A stretch of DNA of 64,000 bases. Source: Octopus sinensis (Eukaryota). The translations under genes and the position numbers were made by a program. This document shows positions 44,763 to 58,639 of this stretch, in pieces. The notes beneath the pieces were generated by a model. That model saw only the letters and a program-made list of their open reading frames with translations, was not told the origin of the DNA and ran no database searches. Each line of letters opens with the position of its first letter. Within the stretch, counting starts at the first letter, position 1. The DNA is taken from the NCBI RefSeq assembly GCF_006345805.1, contig NC_043004.1, positions 85,746,001-85,810,000 of the forward strand. The letters are read 5' to 3'.

Positions 44763-44874
44763 TATACAGTCGTAGGGCCGTTGTGTTGTAAGAAGATTGC
44801 TTCTCGACCACACGGTTTCCGTGTTCCATTCCACTAGGGCTAAAGTCATATATATATACTTAATCCAAACTTGA

Positions 44875-45060
44875 AAACACAAAGAGAAAACACAACAACG
44901 CGAGGATGTGGAACATGTATAGTGTTATTGGACGCTCAGGAAAGGAAAGAAAGTAGGGGGATTTTAACGTTTCGAGCGGAGATCTTCGTCAGAAACATAG
45001 GAAAAGGAAAGATCCAAGGAAGGGAAGACGGAGGGAAAAAAATCGCCAACGATACACGCG
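44875..45060 (-). mobile_element. PLE-like dispersed repeat with a hammerhead fold (same family as 28060)
   Basis: Minus strand UUU CUGACGA A GAUC ucc GCUC GAAA CG UU|AAA at 44961-44997. Confidence 0.6.
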
Positions 45061-45075
45061 ATATATATTTATATA

Positions 45076-45455
45076 TTCTTTTATTCTTTTACTTCTTTCA
45101 GCCATTTTTACTGCGGCAATGCTGGAACACCGCGTTTTAAACGAACAAATTGACCCAAGGACTTATTCTTTGTATGCCTAGTACTTATTCTATCGGTTTT
45201 TTTTGCCGAACTCCTAAGTTACGAGGACGCAAACACACCAGGATCGGTTGTCAAGCGATGTTGGTGTACACAAACACAGACACACAACCATATACACACA
45301 CATACATATAGATACATATGTATATATATGTATATGTATATATATATATGTATATATATATATGTATATATAGAGATAGATAAATAGATATACATACATA
45401 CATATATATATATATGTAATATGTATATCTACCTATCTATCTATCTCTCTCTCTA

Positions 45456-45499
<44 letters not shown>

Positions 45500-45670
45500 T
45501 CAATATAGGGTGGCAGAAAAACAGTAGATGAAACGGTGCATCGTATAAGAAATTACAGGGAAATGTTTTTAAATTTTCTCCTGGTTTACGGAATTGATGT
45601 TATTTTGCGGTTAAAGCTTTTGGCTGTTATTTCTAGTGGGTGAATGGCCTATTATGGCCGTTCCTTGATT

Positions 45671-45731
<61 letters not shown>

Positions 45732-45873
45732 GGTTTCTTTCAGTTTCCGTCTAACAATGTACTCTCAAGACTTTGGTCGCCTTGAGTCTATAGTAGAAGA
45801 CACATGACGAAGTTGCCACGGAACTATGTGGTTGGTAAGTAAGCCACTTACCACACAGCCACTCCTGCGCCTC
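45076..45873 (-). mobile_element. SINE family A with an expanded or interrupted internal microsatellite
   Basis: 3' half at 45076-45300, head half at 45727-45873. Confidence 0.75.
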
Positions 45874-46080
45874 CACACAGCCACTCATGCTTACCTTAAT
45901 AGAAGCAGGCGTTTGCGGCATTATACCGTAAAGGAAAATTATAGTGGTCAACTAAATCTTGACTAAGAGTGTTAATAATACCTACATTGCTAGAAATAGG
46001 AGTTAAAGTGCTCCAGTGCTGTTACAAAGGTCATAGGGGCAGCAAATGGCCTGAAATAGAGAATTCCTTAGACTGAGAAT

Positions 46081-46130
46081 TCCTTACAAAGACCCAGTTT
46101 CGGCACTTTCCGTATCCATCTTCAGTAAGG
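46081..46130 (-). ncRNA. Degenerate hammerhead fold
   Basis: CCUUA CUGAAGA U GGAUAC ggaaa GUGCC GAAA C-UGG-G UC|UUUG UAAGG; stem I is out of register. Confidence 0.35.
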
Positions 46131-46257
46131 CCAGCTCGTTCGGTTGATTCCGGCGTAGCTCGTCTATCAGAGTATATACATTCACCATCAAAATTTATGG
46201 ATCATTTAGCAGATAGCTAAAGTGTGTATATTACTGTCATCAATTATATTTGACGAG

Positions 46258-46582
46258 TGAGGGCGCGTGGCTTAGTGGTTAGGGCATTCGGCTCATGATC
46301 GTAAGGTTGTGAGTTCGATTCCCGGCGACGCGTTGTGTCCTTGAGCAAGACACTTTATTTCACGTTGCTCCAGTCCACTCAGCTGGCAAAAATGAGTTGT
46401 ACTTGTATTTCAAAGGGTCAGCCTTGTCACTCTCTGTGTCACGCTGATTATCCCCGAGAACTACGTTAAGGGTACACGTGTCTGTGGAGTGCTCAGCCAT
46501 TTGCACGTTAATTTCACGAGCAAGCTGTTCCGTTGATCGTATCAGCTGGGACCCTCGTCGTCGTAACCGGCGGAGTCTTTTA
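46258..46582 (+). mobile_element. Full-length SINE family C (tRNA-like head with CAT at the anticodon position, CORE/Meta-like domain)
   Basis: tggcttagtggttagg A box, gagttcgattccc B box, gtgtccttgagcaagacact; 9-bp TSD atatttgac at 46246-46254 and 46583-46591. Confidence 0.92.
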
Positions 46583-46739
46583 ATATTTGACTAAAGGCGT
46601 GAATGACACCTACATATACTCTGATAGTTGACGATAATCTTTTTTTTTTTTACATGATAATATTGCATACACATTAGCGATCTCCTAAATCATCCATAGA
46701 TTTTTATGATGAAAAAAGATTATATATACATACACGTTG

Positions 46740-47135
46740 TGTTTTTCTTTTACTTACTGCAGCCATCTGACTGTGATCATAGAGGAGCACTGCATATAGT
46801 CGAACAAATCGACCCCAGGACATATTCTTTATAAGCCTAGTACTTATTCTTTCGATCTCCTTTTGCCGAACCTCTACGTGACGGGGACGTAAACACATCA
46901 ACATCGGTTGTCAAGCGATGGTGGTGGAGGGGACAAACACAGACACAGATAATAAATACACACACACATATATATATATGACGGGCTTCTTTCAGTTTCC
47001 ATCTACCTAATCCACTCACAAGGCTCTGGTCGGCCCGAGGCTCTTGTAGAAGACACCTATCTAAGGTGCCACGTAGTGGGATTGAAACCAGAACTATGTC
47101 GTTGGCAAGCAAGCTTCTTACCACAAAGCCGCTCT
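46740..47135 (-). mobile_element. SINE family A
   Basis: Tail to head recognisable. Confidence 0.85.
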
Positions 47136-47359
47136 TGCATATGATAATAGGAAACATTTTAGGAATTTGCATGTTATCCTTGCGCAGGGACCTTGCTAAT
47201 CTTCTTTGTATCGTTCCAGTTTTAGTATATGTATTGCAACATATATATATATCCCTTCTTTCTTCTAATACCATTCCTCTATATTAAACCCAATGTAACT
47301 CAACCCAACACAATTCATCCATTGACTTCCCCTACGAACTTTCTTTTTTTATCAACAAA

Positions 47360-47520
47360 GGCGTAGAGGTGGCTGTGTGGTAAGTAGCTTGCTTACCAAC
47401 CACATGGTTCCGGGTTCAGTCCCAATGCGTAGCACCTTGGGCGCGTGTCTTCTACTATAGCCTCGGCCGACCATAGCCTTGTGAGTGGATTTGGTCGATG
47501 GAAACTCTAAGAAGCCCGTC

Positions 47521-47530
<10 letters not shown>
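47360..47530 (+). mobile_element. SINE family A, 5' half ending in the internal (TA)n
   Basis: ggcgtagaggtggctgtgtggtaagtagc...gaagcccgtcgtatata. Confidence 0.85.
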
Positions 47531-47583
<53 letters not shown>

Positions 47584-48829
47584 GGGTGTGTGTGTGTGTG
47601 GTCTGTGTGTCGTGTGTGTGTGTGTGTTGTACGTCTGTGTGTGTCTGTACGCGTGTCCGTGTTCTGTGAGTGTTGTAGGTATAGATGTAATCCTAACCGT
47701 GTGTGAGTTCATAATATAGTAATTCTTTGGAAAATTCTTAATAATAGCTTCACGAAACTGCAAAGGAAGATTAGATTTAATTTTTTCCCGTAAGGAATAA
47801 TTAACCAAATGGTTTTACTATTAATTACCTTATTTTTAGTGTAACTATCTTTGAAAGACATGGATTTACCTTTAGAAAGAAAATAGGGGATTAAATAAGG
47901 GTTTTCTCCCTTCCACTGTTTCGTGTTGGCGTATAAATTAAAATTGATATCCGTTATATCCTTACAACTAGATATTATATCTCCATTAGTAAAGGTAGAA
48001 AGTGATTGAATGGAATAATGTAGGTAACTTTCTCTTTATAACCTGCTGTAAGTAAGGCAGAGTTATAAAATTGGGCCTTACGATTTAAAATAACAACACT
48101 AGCAGATGACTTAAACAATCTAAATGAAATATTCTTAACTAAGTTCGTATTAATTGTCCTAGGATGATTTCTTCATTTCCCTGAAGAGAAGATTACATTG
48201 TTTTACTCTATTTTACACCTTTGGAATAATACCAGTAATATCTTCGAAACGCGAGTTGGAAGTAAAAGAATTTGAATAACTCCTTCGTTTAACTCCATTT
48301 CTATATATATATATATATGTGTGTGTGTGCGTGTGTTTATGAATATGTATTATTGTATATGTATATGTATATTTATATATATATATATGTTTATGTATGT
48401 ATATAAATATACAAATATAATTATATATATTCTCGTAAAAATATGTGTATCATGTATGCAAGCATATAAGCTTCTTATAAAATTTATTGTAAGGTTAGGC
48501 CATTATACAGCATTAGAGTTCACGCGTACTTCTGACATCTCTAATACGAAAATATAATTTCTTTAGCTATATTGATCTATGTCATGATAAGAGGGAAAAT
48601 ATAGGAAATAAAACCACTTCTAGTGTAACGATCTGTGCATGGATATAATATAATATAAAACGTTATTTAATTAGGTTCTAAAGTTGAATAACATAGAGTT
48701 GGGTGGTTAAGCTTTACTTAGAAGTACCTGAAATGGTTCAGTTTCGATTATTTCATCAGATACATACGTGCACACATACACATAATCACATATATGCACA
48801 GATATATCATATATATATATATATATATT

Positions 48830-48900
<71 letters not shown>

Positions 48901-49036
48901 TTAGATAGATAAAGTGAATGATTATTACATACATACATTCATCCATATAATATATGTTTGTTTGAATGTATACACATGAATTATATATATATATATATAC
49001 TTACATATACATACATATAGATATATACACATAAAA

Positions 49037-49090
<54 letters not shown>

Positions 49091-49327
49091 TATACACGTA
49101 AAACTGAAAGAATCCCGTCATACATATATGTATATATATATATATATATAATATATATATAATATGTGTGTGTGTGGTGTGTGTGTGTGTGTGTGTGTGT
49201 GTCTGTGTCTGTGTCTGTGTATGCATGCATGTAAGTATGTATGTATGTATATGAATACTTGCATACATATATCTATATATGTATATATATACACACACAC
49301 TCACATGCACGAACATTTATATTTATA

Positions 49328-49368
<41 letters not shown>

Positions 49369-50519
49369 ATATCTGTTTGTATTCATGTTTAGTTATAATA
49401 AAAACAACTTCACATCAGTCTCATAGTTTAATCTATGATTTCGTAAAAGGCAAATTTATTTTTCTCATACAAGAGTATTGTTGACATATATATACATATT
49501 TCTGCACGATGTCGATTGATTTCATCGCTAACATTGCTTCCCACCCCACCATTAGAGATTAAGGGATGAGGGAAAGTATGTCTTACGGAAACACTCCCAT
49601 CACATCCCTTTTGAAAATGCAATGCTCCACGTTCCAAAAATTTACGATCGTTGAACATCATAGATTTCCCCTCAGAGGTTATGAGCGTATTTGTGGTTGA
49701 ATACATGCACAATGTGAAAATAAAAGGCGACTGATGATCATCATCGTTAGGTTGTTGAAACGAAACTCATTCAGCGAGGTTGTTATAGCACTCGATGCCT
49801 TTATTGTGCAGCACAACTCACATTGTCTGCCTCTTTTAGCCTCGAGAGGACAGCATGTTTGATCGCTGGAGCTCAACAATGGCAGAATTTAATGCAAATC
49901 TCCGAGGGAAAAAAATTCCCCTTTAACAAACAATATCGTTTGTTTCTTATTAAGAATGGAAAGCTCTATGTTTGATCTGTCAATAACAGTGACACCAAGG
50001 AGACTTTCCCGTATAAATTGTTACTAAAGTCAATAGTGTAAGATCGTTTATTAATATATTTTAGCAGAAATTGTATTAATAATTTTTTCTAACTCCAATA
50101 TGGCCAATATGATACAAAGAGTTAAAATTTCAGAGTTGTCAAACATGCACTGTTTTTTTCTTTTTTTTTTAGAATTTATCATTAAGGTAGTACATCAATA
50201 TCATTAGCAAGTGTGTGATATTCTAATTAAAATTGTAAATTGAAATTGTTTGTTTCATTACATTACAATTGTAACATTTTTCTTATTATCCGGCCTTTGT
50301 GCAGATTAAGTCCATGGTTATATTTTCGTACTTTTAAAAATCCAGTAAGACGATAGCTATTGCTCTGAAATAAGCTTTAGAAATTTGGCGAACCAAACCC
50401 AGATTTCGATTTCCATTCGCAGCCGTGACTTTTTTTAAGGTTTTATGTATTCTTAATTTTCAAAATAAGTTACATCAAGGATTAAAGTAATGAAACGCAG
50501 AATTTCTTCGATTTTAACT

Positions 50520-50930
50520 CAAGACCAGCAATGTTGAAGGGAGAGGAACTTCGTGTACATCAACCTCGTTGCTGGTAATTAGGTTAACCCCCGAAAGGAT
50601 GAAATGCAAAGTCGTTCTCGGCAGAAGTAGCAACTCAAAGTGTAATGGGTCGGAAGAAATGCCACTGAATATTTTGACCAACGCTGTAACAATTCTGCCT
50701 CTTCGCCGACTAAGACCAAATGTAGTAATTGTTTTAAATTTTAGCTCAAGGTCAGCAATTTCGGAGGAGGTCTATGTCGATTATATCGAACTCAGTGCTC
50801 AACTGTACTTATTTTATCGATCCCGAAGGACTGAAGAGGTAAGTGTACCACGGTGAGTATGAACTGAGAATGGAAACCCGGAGGAAATACCGCTAAGGGT
50901 TTTTTCTCGGTGTGCTAATTTTTTCTTCCA
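50520..50930 (-). mobile_element. Two adjacent degenerate SINE family B copies
   Basis: ccccgaaaggatgaaa..aaagtc at ~50590; tcgattatatcga..gtacttattttatcgatcccgaagg at ~50780-50830. Confidence 0.6.
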
Positions 50931-51219
50931 GTGTTGCGTTGTACTCTTGTGGAAAAACCTTTATTTCACGCTACTCAACTCATCTCAACTGTAAATGGGT
51001 AACACTGCAGCACATTTTTCTTCTTTCACTTTTATTTCAATGACTAAGTGATGCTTTTGAAATATAGGGACACAACTTTACACCCTAGTTTATGTCAGGT
51101 CAGCAGGTAAAAATATATGCGAACCCACACCATATACATACACAGACAAACTGATGCGCGCACATACGTACACACATGCATCTATGTGTGTGCGTATACA
51201 AGAGTGTGTGTGTGCTTCC

Positions 51220-51800
51220 CTAGTGTGGACCTTGTGGTAGTTGTGGCGGTCTCGTATTGGTGGCGGTCCTCGTGGTGGTGGTAGTGGTGGTGATGATGAT
51301 GACGATGATGACGATGATGAAAGCGATAGTGATGATGATGATGATGATGGTGGCGGTGGTCCTCGTGGTGGTGGTGGCGGCGGTCCTCGTGGTGGTCGTG
51401 GTAGTGGTCATCGTGGTGGTAGTGTTGGTGATGATGATGATGATGATGACGATGATGTAGGCGATAGTGATGCTGATGATGATGGTGATGGTGGTGCTGG
51501 TGGCGGCGGCGTTGGTGGTGGTGGTGGTGTTCCTCGTGATGGTAGTGGTAGGGGTCCTCGTGGTGGTGGTGGTGGTAGTCCTCATGGTGGTGGTCCTCGT
51601 GGTGGTGGTGGTGATGATGATGATTAAGATGATGAAGCCGATAGTGATGATGATGATGAAGATGATGATAATGAAGACGATGACGACAACGATGATGATG
51701 ATGACTTTGATGATGATGATGATAATGCTGCTGCTGCTGATGATGATGATGGCGACAGCGATGATTAGGAACAGGATGAATCAGATTACAATGACGGATC
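51220..51800. repeat. (GGT/GAT)n low-complexity tract with a recurring ggtcctcgtggtggt sub-unit
   Basis: Visible directly; gives His-rich and Gly/Asp-rich pseudo-ORFs. Confidence 0.85.
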
Positions 51801-52260
51801 ATGATTATGATAATTATTAAAATGATGGTGGTGTTGCTGTTTGTGAATATATACACTTCTTCGTCACTTTACTACACTTAATAATCATTGTTGACCCTAA
51901 TATGTACAAATACCAATCATGTACAAAACACTTTTCAAACTAAAAAAAAAATTCGTCTAAAAACTAATACACAAGAAGCAAAAATATTTATTTTTGCTCA
52001 AGTACGCTTTACAATTTCTTGATGTGCCAATCATATTTCTGTAGGATTCTTAAGAGAATAACACTTTGCTTCGATGGGGGAAAAGAAAATAGTTTTATAT
52101 CAGTAAATCAGTAAATTAGAAAAGAAGTGTTGTATAGTCAAAATGACATACAAGACAGCAATAATAAAATATGGCTGACAACAAACAGAAACAAGAGAAT
52201 ATTAGCTGTTGCAAAGACTGTTTTATACAAGGAATAAGTAATAATACAGTTTTTAAGAAG

Positions 52261-52377
<117 letters not shown>

Positions 52378-52424
52378 CATATATATGTAGCTAACTGCAT
52401 ATATAGATAGATAGATAGATAATT

Positions 52425-52620
52425 CTTTTATTTGTTACAGTAATTTGACTGCGGCCATGCTGGAGTAGCGTCTTTAGGTGAAGAAACCCACCCCAGCACT
52501 TGTTCTTCGTAAGCCTACTACTTATTCCATCTCTCTTGCCGAACCGCTAGATTACGGAGACACGTAAACACACCAGCAGGTAAAAATATATGCGAGCCCG
52601 CACCATATACATGCACAGAC
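52425..52620 (-). mobile_element. SINE family A, 3' half
   Basis: ttgactgcggccatgctggag...gccgaaccgct. Confidence 0.75.
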
Positions 52621-52655
52621 AAACTGACGCGCGCAAACACAGACACACAAATATA

Positions 52656-52692
<37 letters not shown>

Positions 52693-52694
<2 letters not shown>

Positions 52695-53090
52695 GCGCAG
52701 ACGTGACTGTGTGGTAAGAAGCTTGCTTCTCAACCACATGGCTCCCAGTTCAGTTCCACTCGAGCACATGTCTTCTACTGTAACCTCGGCCCGAACAAAG
52801 ACTTGTGAAAGGACTTCGTAAACGGAAAGAGAAAGAAGCCCTTCCTATATTTATGTATATATCTATATGTGTGTCTTTGTGTTTGTACTCGATCACCGCT
52901 TGACAACCAGTATTGGTGTGTTTATGTTCCCCGTAGCTCAGCGGTTGCGTAAAAGAAAGGGATAGAATAAGTGCTGGGCTTGAAAAACATGTCCTGGGGT
53001 CGATTTTTTAGACTAAAACCTTTCAAAACAGTGCTGCATCATGGCCGCAGTCAAATGATCGAAACAGGTAAAAGAATAGAAGATTAAAAG
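52693..53090 (+). mobile_element. SINE family A
   Basis: gggcgcagacgtgactgtgtggtaagaagc...catggccgcagtcaaatgatcgaaacaggtaaaaga. Confidence 0.85.
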
Positions 53091-53684
53091 ACTACTAGAC
53101 TACCCGTGACCCGTTGGACACTGCCAGGTCAGGTTATAAAACGTTGAAGCTGATTTCAACATTGCATAGAAATGAAAGTTAATTTTATGATGATTCAGTT
53201 AAATAATTCAGTTTGTTCATGTCATCATATGTCTAGTTTAGAAGTTCATGTTTTAGGTTTTATTGATTATTTAGAGCATCTAATAGAAATAGAACTTCCA
53301 GGATAAACTTGAACTCCAGTAACAACATTTATTTATAGTATATGTGTACACTTCTACAAAAATGCGAAAACAATTCTCATATAACGTAAACACAAAATTA
53401 TTGGAAACAGTTTACCCATTTCATGGTTATGTTACTTTCGGAGTATTTTCCCACCGTTTTGGCTATTTATGAAGGTACCGCAAAAACAACAAAAAAAAAC
53501 AACAAAAAAAAAACGCCTATCTCGGGAATCCGATTCACGAGAAACTTGTTTCGTTCCGTTTGTATTCACATTTCACGTGTACCATAATTTCAGAGTATTT
53601 TCCCATTATGCGCGTGTTTGGCTGTAGCAAATTACAGACAAGAACGCAAGACAAGCACGAGAGAAAAACAAGCATAACTACAGA

Positions 53685-54030
53685 TACTCTTTTACTTGTT
53701 TCAGTTATCTGACTGTGGCTATGCTGGAGCACCGCCTTTAGTCGAGCAAATCGACCCAAGGACTTATTCTTTGTAAGCCTAGTACTTATTCTATCGGACT
53801 CTTTTGCCGAACCGCTAAGTCACGGGGACCTAAACACACCAGCATCGGGTGTCAAGCGATGTTGGTGGGACACACAAGCATATACACACACACACATACA
53901 TATATAAATCCACTCAGAAGGTTTTCGTCGGCCCGAGCCTATAGTAGAAGACACTTGCCCAAGGTGCCACGCAGTGGGATTGAACCCGGACCCATGTGGT
54001 TCGTAAGCTAGCTACTTACCACACAGCCAC
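53685..54030 (-). mobile_element. SINE family A
   Basis: tcttttacttgtttcag...ccacacagccac. Confidence 0.9.
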
Positions 54031-54261
54031 CCACACTATTTTCTTACCTCGTAACTTCCAGAAAAAGGGATAGTTTTAAAAAAAATTTCATAAAATACCA
54101 CTTAGATGATATGGATTGAAAGTATGTAGAGATTTATAGGAAATACTTTTTGCGAGGAGTAGAGAGAAGAGTTTCTGAAAATTCACACAAACTGACTTTT
54201 TTTCAAATTCAAAACCATAGAAATCTTTTCGGTAAAAAAAAATATTTAAAAACTTAATAGG

Positions 54262-54527
54262 TGTAGGAGTAGGTGTGTGGTAAGTAGCTTGCTTACCAAC
54301 CAAATGGTTCCGGGTTCAGTCCCACTACGTGGCACCTTGGGCACGTATCTTCTACTATAACATTGGACTGACCAAAGGCTTGTAAGTGGATTTGGTAGAC
54401 GGAAACTGAAAGAAGCCCGTTGTATACAGGTATATGTATGTATATATATATATTATATATATATATATTATATATATATATATATGTGTGTGTATGTGTG
54501 TGTATGTGTGTGTTGTGTGTGTGTGTG

Positions 54528-54572
<45 letters not shown>

Positions 54573-54800
54573 TGTGTATGTTTGTGTTTGTGTTTGTCCC
54601 TCTAACATCGCTTGACAACCGATGCTGGTGTGTTTACGTCCCCGTAACTTAGCAGTTCGGCAATAGAGGCCGACAGAATAAGTGCTAGGCTTACAAAGAA
54701 TAAGTCCTGGGATCGATTTGCTAGACTAAACGTGGTGCTCCAGCATGGCCACAGTCAAATGACTAAAACAAGTAAAAGAGTAAAAGCGTAAAAGAGTAAT
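54262..54800 (+). mobile_element. SINE family A
   Basis: Head, internal (TA)/(TG) and tail gtaaaagagtaaaagcgtaaaagagta. Confidence 0.9.
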
Positions 54801-56989
54801 ATTTTTAGAGGAAAAATGAGTGATTGCAGGGAGATTTGACAGTTGTTTCTAACACACCCCAAGACAACCCTCCTAGTTTCTTTCTCACTTTCAAATGCAT
54901 TGAAAGTTTTTCAATATTTTTCTCCCCATAAATACATCTATATGTTATAAAAAAAAATGAAAAATTATGATTCTTTTGCAACCCCATTCCCTGCCCCCAT
55001 TTGTTTCTGTTTATAAATTAAAATATTAGAGAACCTGAGAAAATCATTGCTGGCATTTATCCACGTGGTATGTAAACAATAATTCATTTTAATAGCATAC
55101 TTTCTTGTTAGAAAATGTTTCTTCTTATACACACACACGGATTCGCTAGATTGAGGTGTGTAAATATTGAAATTACAATTTTTTTATTGTTGATGTTGCT
55201 TATAATCCACCAACGAAGCACGCGTATGTTACTTCAGCAGCATCATTCCATAAAATGTTTAATGGGAGAAAAATATTGAGAAGATGTGAGAATGAAAACG
55301 GAAGGTAGTTTGGAATGTACAACAACCATATCACCCTTGAATCGTACAGCTTTTCCTCTGCGAATATTTAATTTTTGTTTTTTTCATTTTTTTAATGAAA
55401 AGACCCCTGTCATGGAATTTAAGTTTTAAAGAATTGACCAAAATCGGTGCAGAATGGGATGATGAGGAATTTCAAAAATTTTGAAAACTTTGTTTCATAA
55501 AAGATGTCCCCACCACCACCCATATCACTTCAAATGTTGTGTCGAAATAAAGAATGCGAAAATACCCGTGAAAACGGAGTAGTTCCAACTTATTGGGTCT
55601 TCCTGTTTTATCGTAACTCCTCTCCCCACCACTTCGGAAAAGATTTTTCCCTCAAATTTCTTTTTCATCGTAATCTATGCCGTTCGAAAGGTATTCGTAT
55701 AAAATTCCATTAACAGAAATCCATTTTCCTGAACGTTATGAGGGAGAAAATCGGATCGTGTGAATTTTCCGAAACTCTTCTCTCTTTTCCCTAGGAAAAA
55801 CTCTTCCCCACAAATTCCTACATACTCTGAATCCACAGCATGTAAGCGGTGTTTGTTGAAAATTTTGTCAAAAACTATCCATTTTTCTGGAATGTTTGAG
55901 GCAAGAAATTCATTGGGGTTCACATCTGTAGTCATGTCAACAAAAGTCTATCCGGTGTTCCAGGTTTTACTTCTTAAATTTGTGGAAACAAACCCCAGAA
56001 AGAACATGTGTCTCGGAAACCCGTAGTCTGATTTACACGAAATTTGGTCTGTTGGTTTCACTGTTGCATTCACGATCTCGTGATCGTGGCTTCGATTCTC
56101 AGACCGATCAGCGTGTTATGTGTTTTGAGCAAAACAATTCGTTTCGCATTGCAATTCATATTCGAGGTTCCGATGAATTTAGGTGTTACTCAAGAACACA
56201 GGAACTCAACTAGGAGTTCACTACATCTAATAGCAGAAGCAGTACTTCATCCTTTCTGGTTTTCTCTCCCATATTTTCCTATTCTTCTCCTATCCTCTTC
56301 ATCGTTCCCCTCTCTCTCACTCCTCCTCGACTCTCTCGTCGCTGATACGTGACGAAAGAGAATCTATCTTTCTGCACATTACCTTCCTAAAGACAACACG
56401 TGCTTATACTGTCTCCTCCCATAAGCTCGTCTTCCTAGCGTTCATAATGATTTTTCTATTGTCTTGGCTTAACAGCCCTCACCGTTTGTTTTTACTGTTT
56501 TCTTCTCACTGTCCTGTTCTTGTTACCACTTTCACCCTCCGCAAAAAATCCAAAATTTTATTTAATTTGCTTTGCGGGAAGGACTTTTTCAACGAAGTCG
56601 CGTATTGTCCTTGCCTTCTTAACGCGGAGTATATGAAACGGGGACATCTGAAGAAGAGGATATTCTTTATGTTGCATGTCTCATTTCTTTGTTTGTTTGT
56701 TAGTTTTTTTTTCGTTGTTCGAAAAAAAGCTTCGTATCTATGGTTTTGCTTGTATGTTTTCGTTTCTCATTGTGTTCAACGTGTTTTTGACGTCCTGTAG
56801 CCATATAAGGATGTATGTATGTATATATGCATATTTTTATATATTACTTATATTATATATGTATATATATATAAATATATATATATATATACGCACACAC
56901 ATATAAATTTGTATGTGTATACATATATATATATACATATATATATATGCATATAGAACAGTTCATATTTCTGAGTTTATATCGTCCAT

Positions 56990-57165
56990 TTTCTGTGAGT
57001 GGAATTTGTGCAATTTCTTTCCTGACTATAAAGAAATCATCATACTTGAAAAAGAAGTAAGACCTATCATAAAAATGACTGATCGTAGCCTACGAATGTG
57101 TGGAAGTTTTGATCAGGCGATGGCAATACTCGAACACCAGTTTGCGACTATCATGTATGTGTTTG
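56990..57165 (-). mobile_element. Putative 5' end of the (CATA)n-associated RLE retrotransposon
   Basis: Homologous to 60005-60190; begins directly after (CATA)n on the minus strand. Confidence 0.45.
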
Positions 57166-57255
57166 TGTATGTATGTATGTATGTATGTATGTATGTATGT
57201 ATGTATGTAGGTATGTATGTATGTATGTATGTATGTATGTGTGTGTGTGTGTATG

Positions 57256-57786
57256 TCATTATTCAGTTTTATTTCAAGATTTTTTGTCAATAGAGAAAGT
57301 GCGGGTTCCTAACCTAGATCCCAAACACCTTCATTGGAATTTCAACATCAAGAGGGTATTTTTGTATGTATATGCGCAGATTTGTATATATTGCATTATG
57401 TGTCTTCTCATGCATATACTTGCATATCTAGACATGTTCACATATACTTAAATGATAAACTTCTAAAAAGTTTGACAAATCTTTACAGTTCCAATGATGG
57501 ATTAGACTTGTGGTCTTCGAATCACCTTTCTCTTTTCGGGTTTTGAGAAGCCTAATTTCTCAAGATTAGAAATTAAGCAGTGTGTTACGTATCCCAATGC
57601 CTCAATAATCACAGATATAGACCTGAACTTGTGGCGTGGATAGAGTAACAGCAGAATTCTTAATAGTTCAGTCTAGGTATTCACTTATTCACTGATCTTC
57701 AACTCTATGTTAACATGTGCTGGGCAGCTACTTTCTGCAACTAGACACAGTTTCTATTCTCTGTCCCAAATCCTTATATCAGGTGT
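57256..57786 (-). mobile_element. 3' end of a decayed RLE-type non-LTR retrotransposon in (CATA)n
   Basis: Minus strand PDIRIWDRE*KLCLVAESSCP...VIIEALGYVT...GTVKICQTF (PD..D/E..K RLE-like), 3' UTR ending gaataatgac, (CATA)n flanks. Confidence 0.75.
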
Positions 57787-58218
57787 GTATGAATGTTTGT
57801 ATGTATGCATGTATGTATATATGTATGTATGTAAGTATGTACGTATGTATGTATGTATGTATGTATGTATGTATGTATGTATGTATATATGTATGTATGT
57901 ATGTATGTATATATTAAAAGAGTAAGAGAGAGGTGCAATAGAGGAAACCAGACAGACAACAAACAGATCGTGATAGGGGGAGATATACTATCAGTGCGCG
58001 TCTTTATATACATATTAAAGTCTCAGAGGTTTGCAGCATCAACATTTTATTAAAGGGTCTACTTTTTATGTTTGTTAGTCTAGAATCACATGATCCACAT
58101 ACATAACCATGTGTAAATAATATTATAAAAACAATAATATTCTATGATGTGAGAATTTCATCAATATATACAACTGTGTGCGCGTTTATATATGTATGTG
58201 TTCATGTATATATGTATA

Positions 58219-58278
<60 letters not shown>

Positions 58279-58572
58279 AATATATACATTCATATATATG
58301 TGTATATATATATATACATTATTTATATATATATATGCATATATGTGTATATCTGTACATTTATTTATATATTCTTTATATACATATTCTTATATGTGCA
58401 TATATGCATATATATATACACGTATATATATATGTGTGTGTGTGTGTTTGTGTCTATGTATATGTATGTATTAATATATGTATTTGTGTGTTTGTATATT
58501 ACAATGTATACATACATACTATGTATGTATGTTTATCTATCTATCTGTCTATCTATCTATCTATCTATCTAT

Positions 58573-58639
<67 letters not shown>

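Noticed and set aside
46258-46335. tRNA-Met gene (CAT in the loop)
   Set aside because: The acceptor and anticodon stems are imperfect, and it continues into a SINE body with a TSD, so it is a SINE head
48725-48762. CUGAUGA...CGAAAC on the minus strand
   Set aside because: There is no pairing for stem II and no NUH or stem I
49725-49790. CUGAUGA...GAAAC on the plus strand
   Set aside because: Stems I and III do not pair correctly
51182-51856. 224-aa His-rich protein gene
   Set aside because: It is a low-complexity trinucleotide tract open in several frames with no gene context; kept only as a low-interest finding
53090-53135. Helitron 3' end (hairpin plus CTAG) on the minus strand
   Set aside because: The hairpin is weak and no matching 5' end or second copy was found
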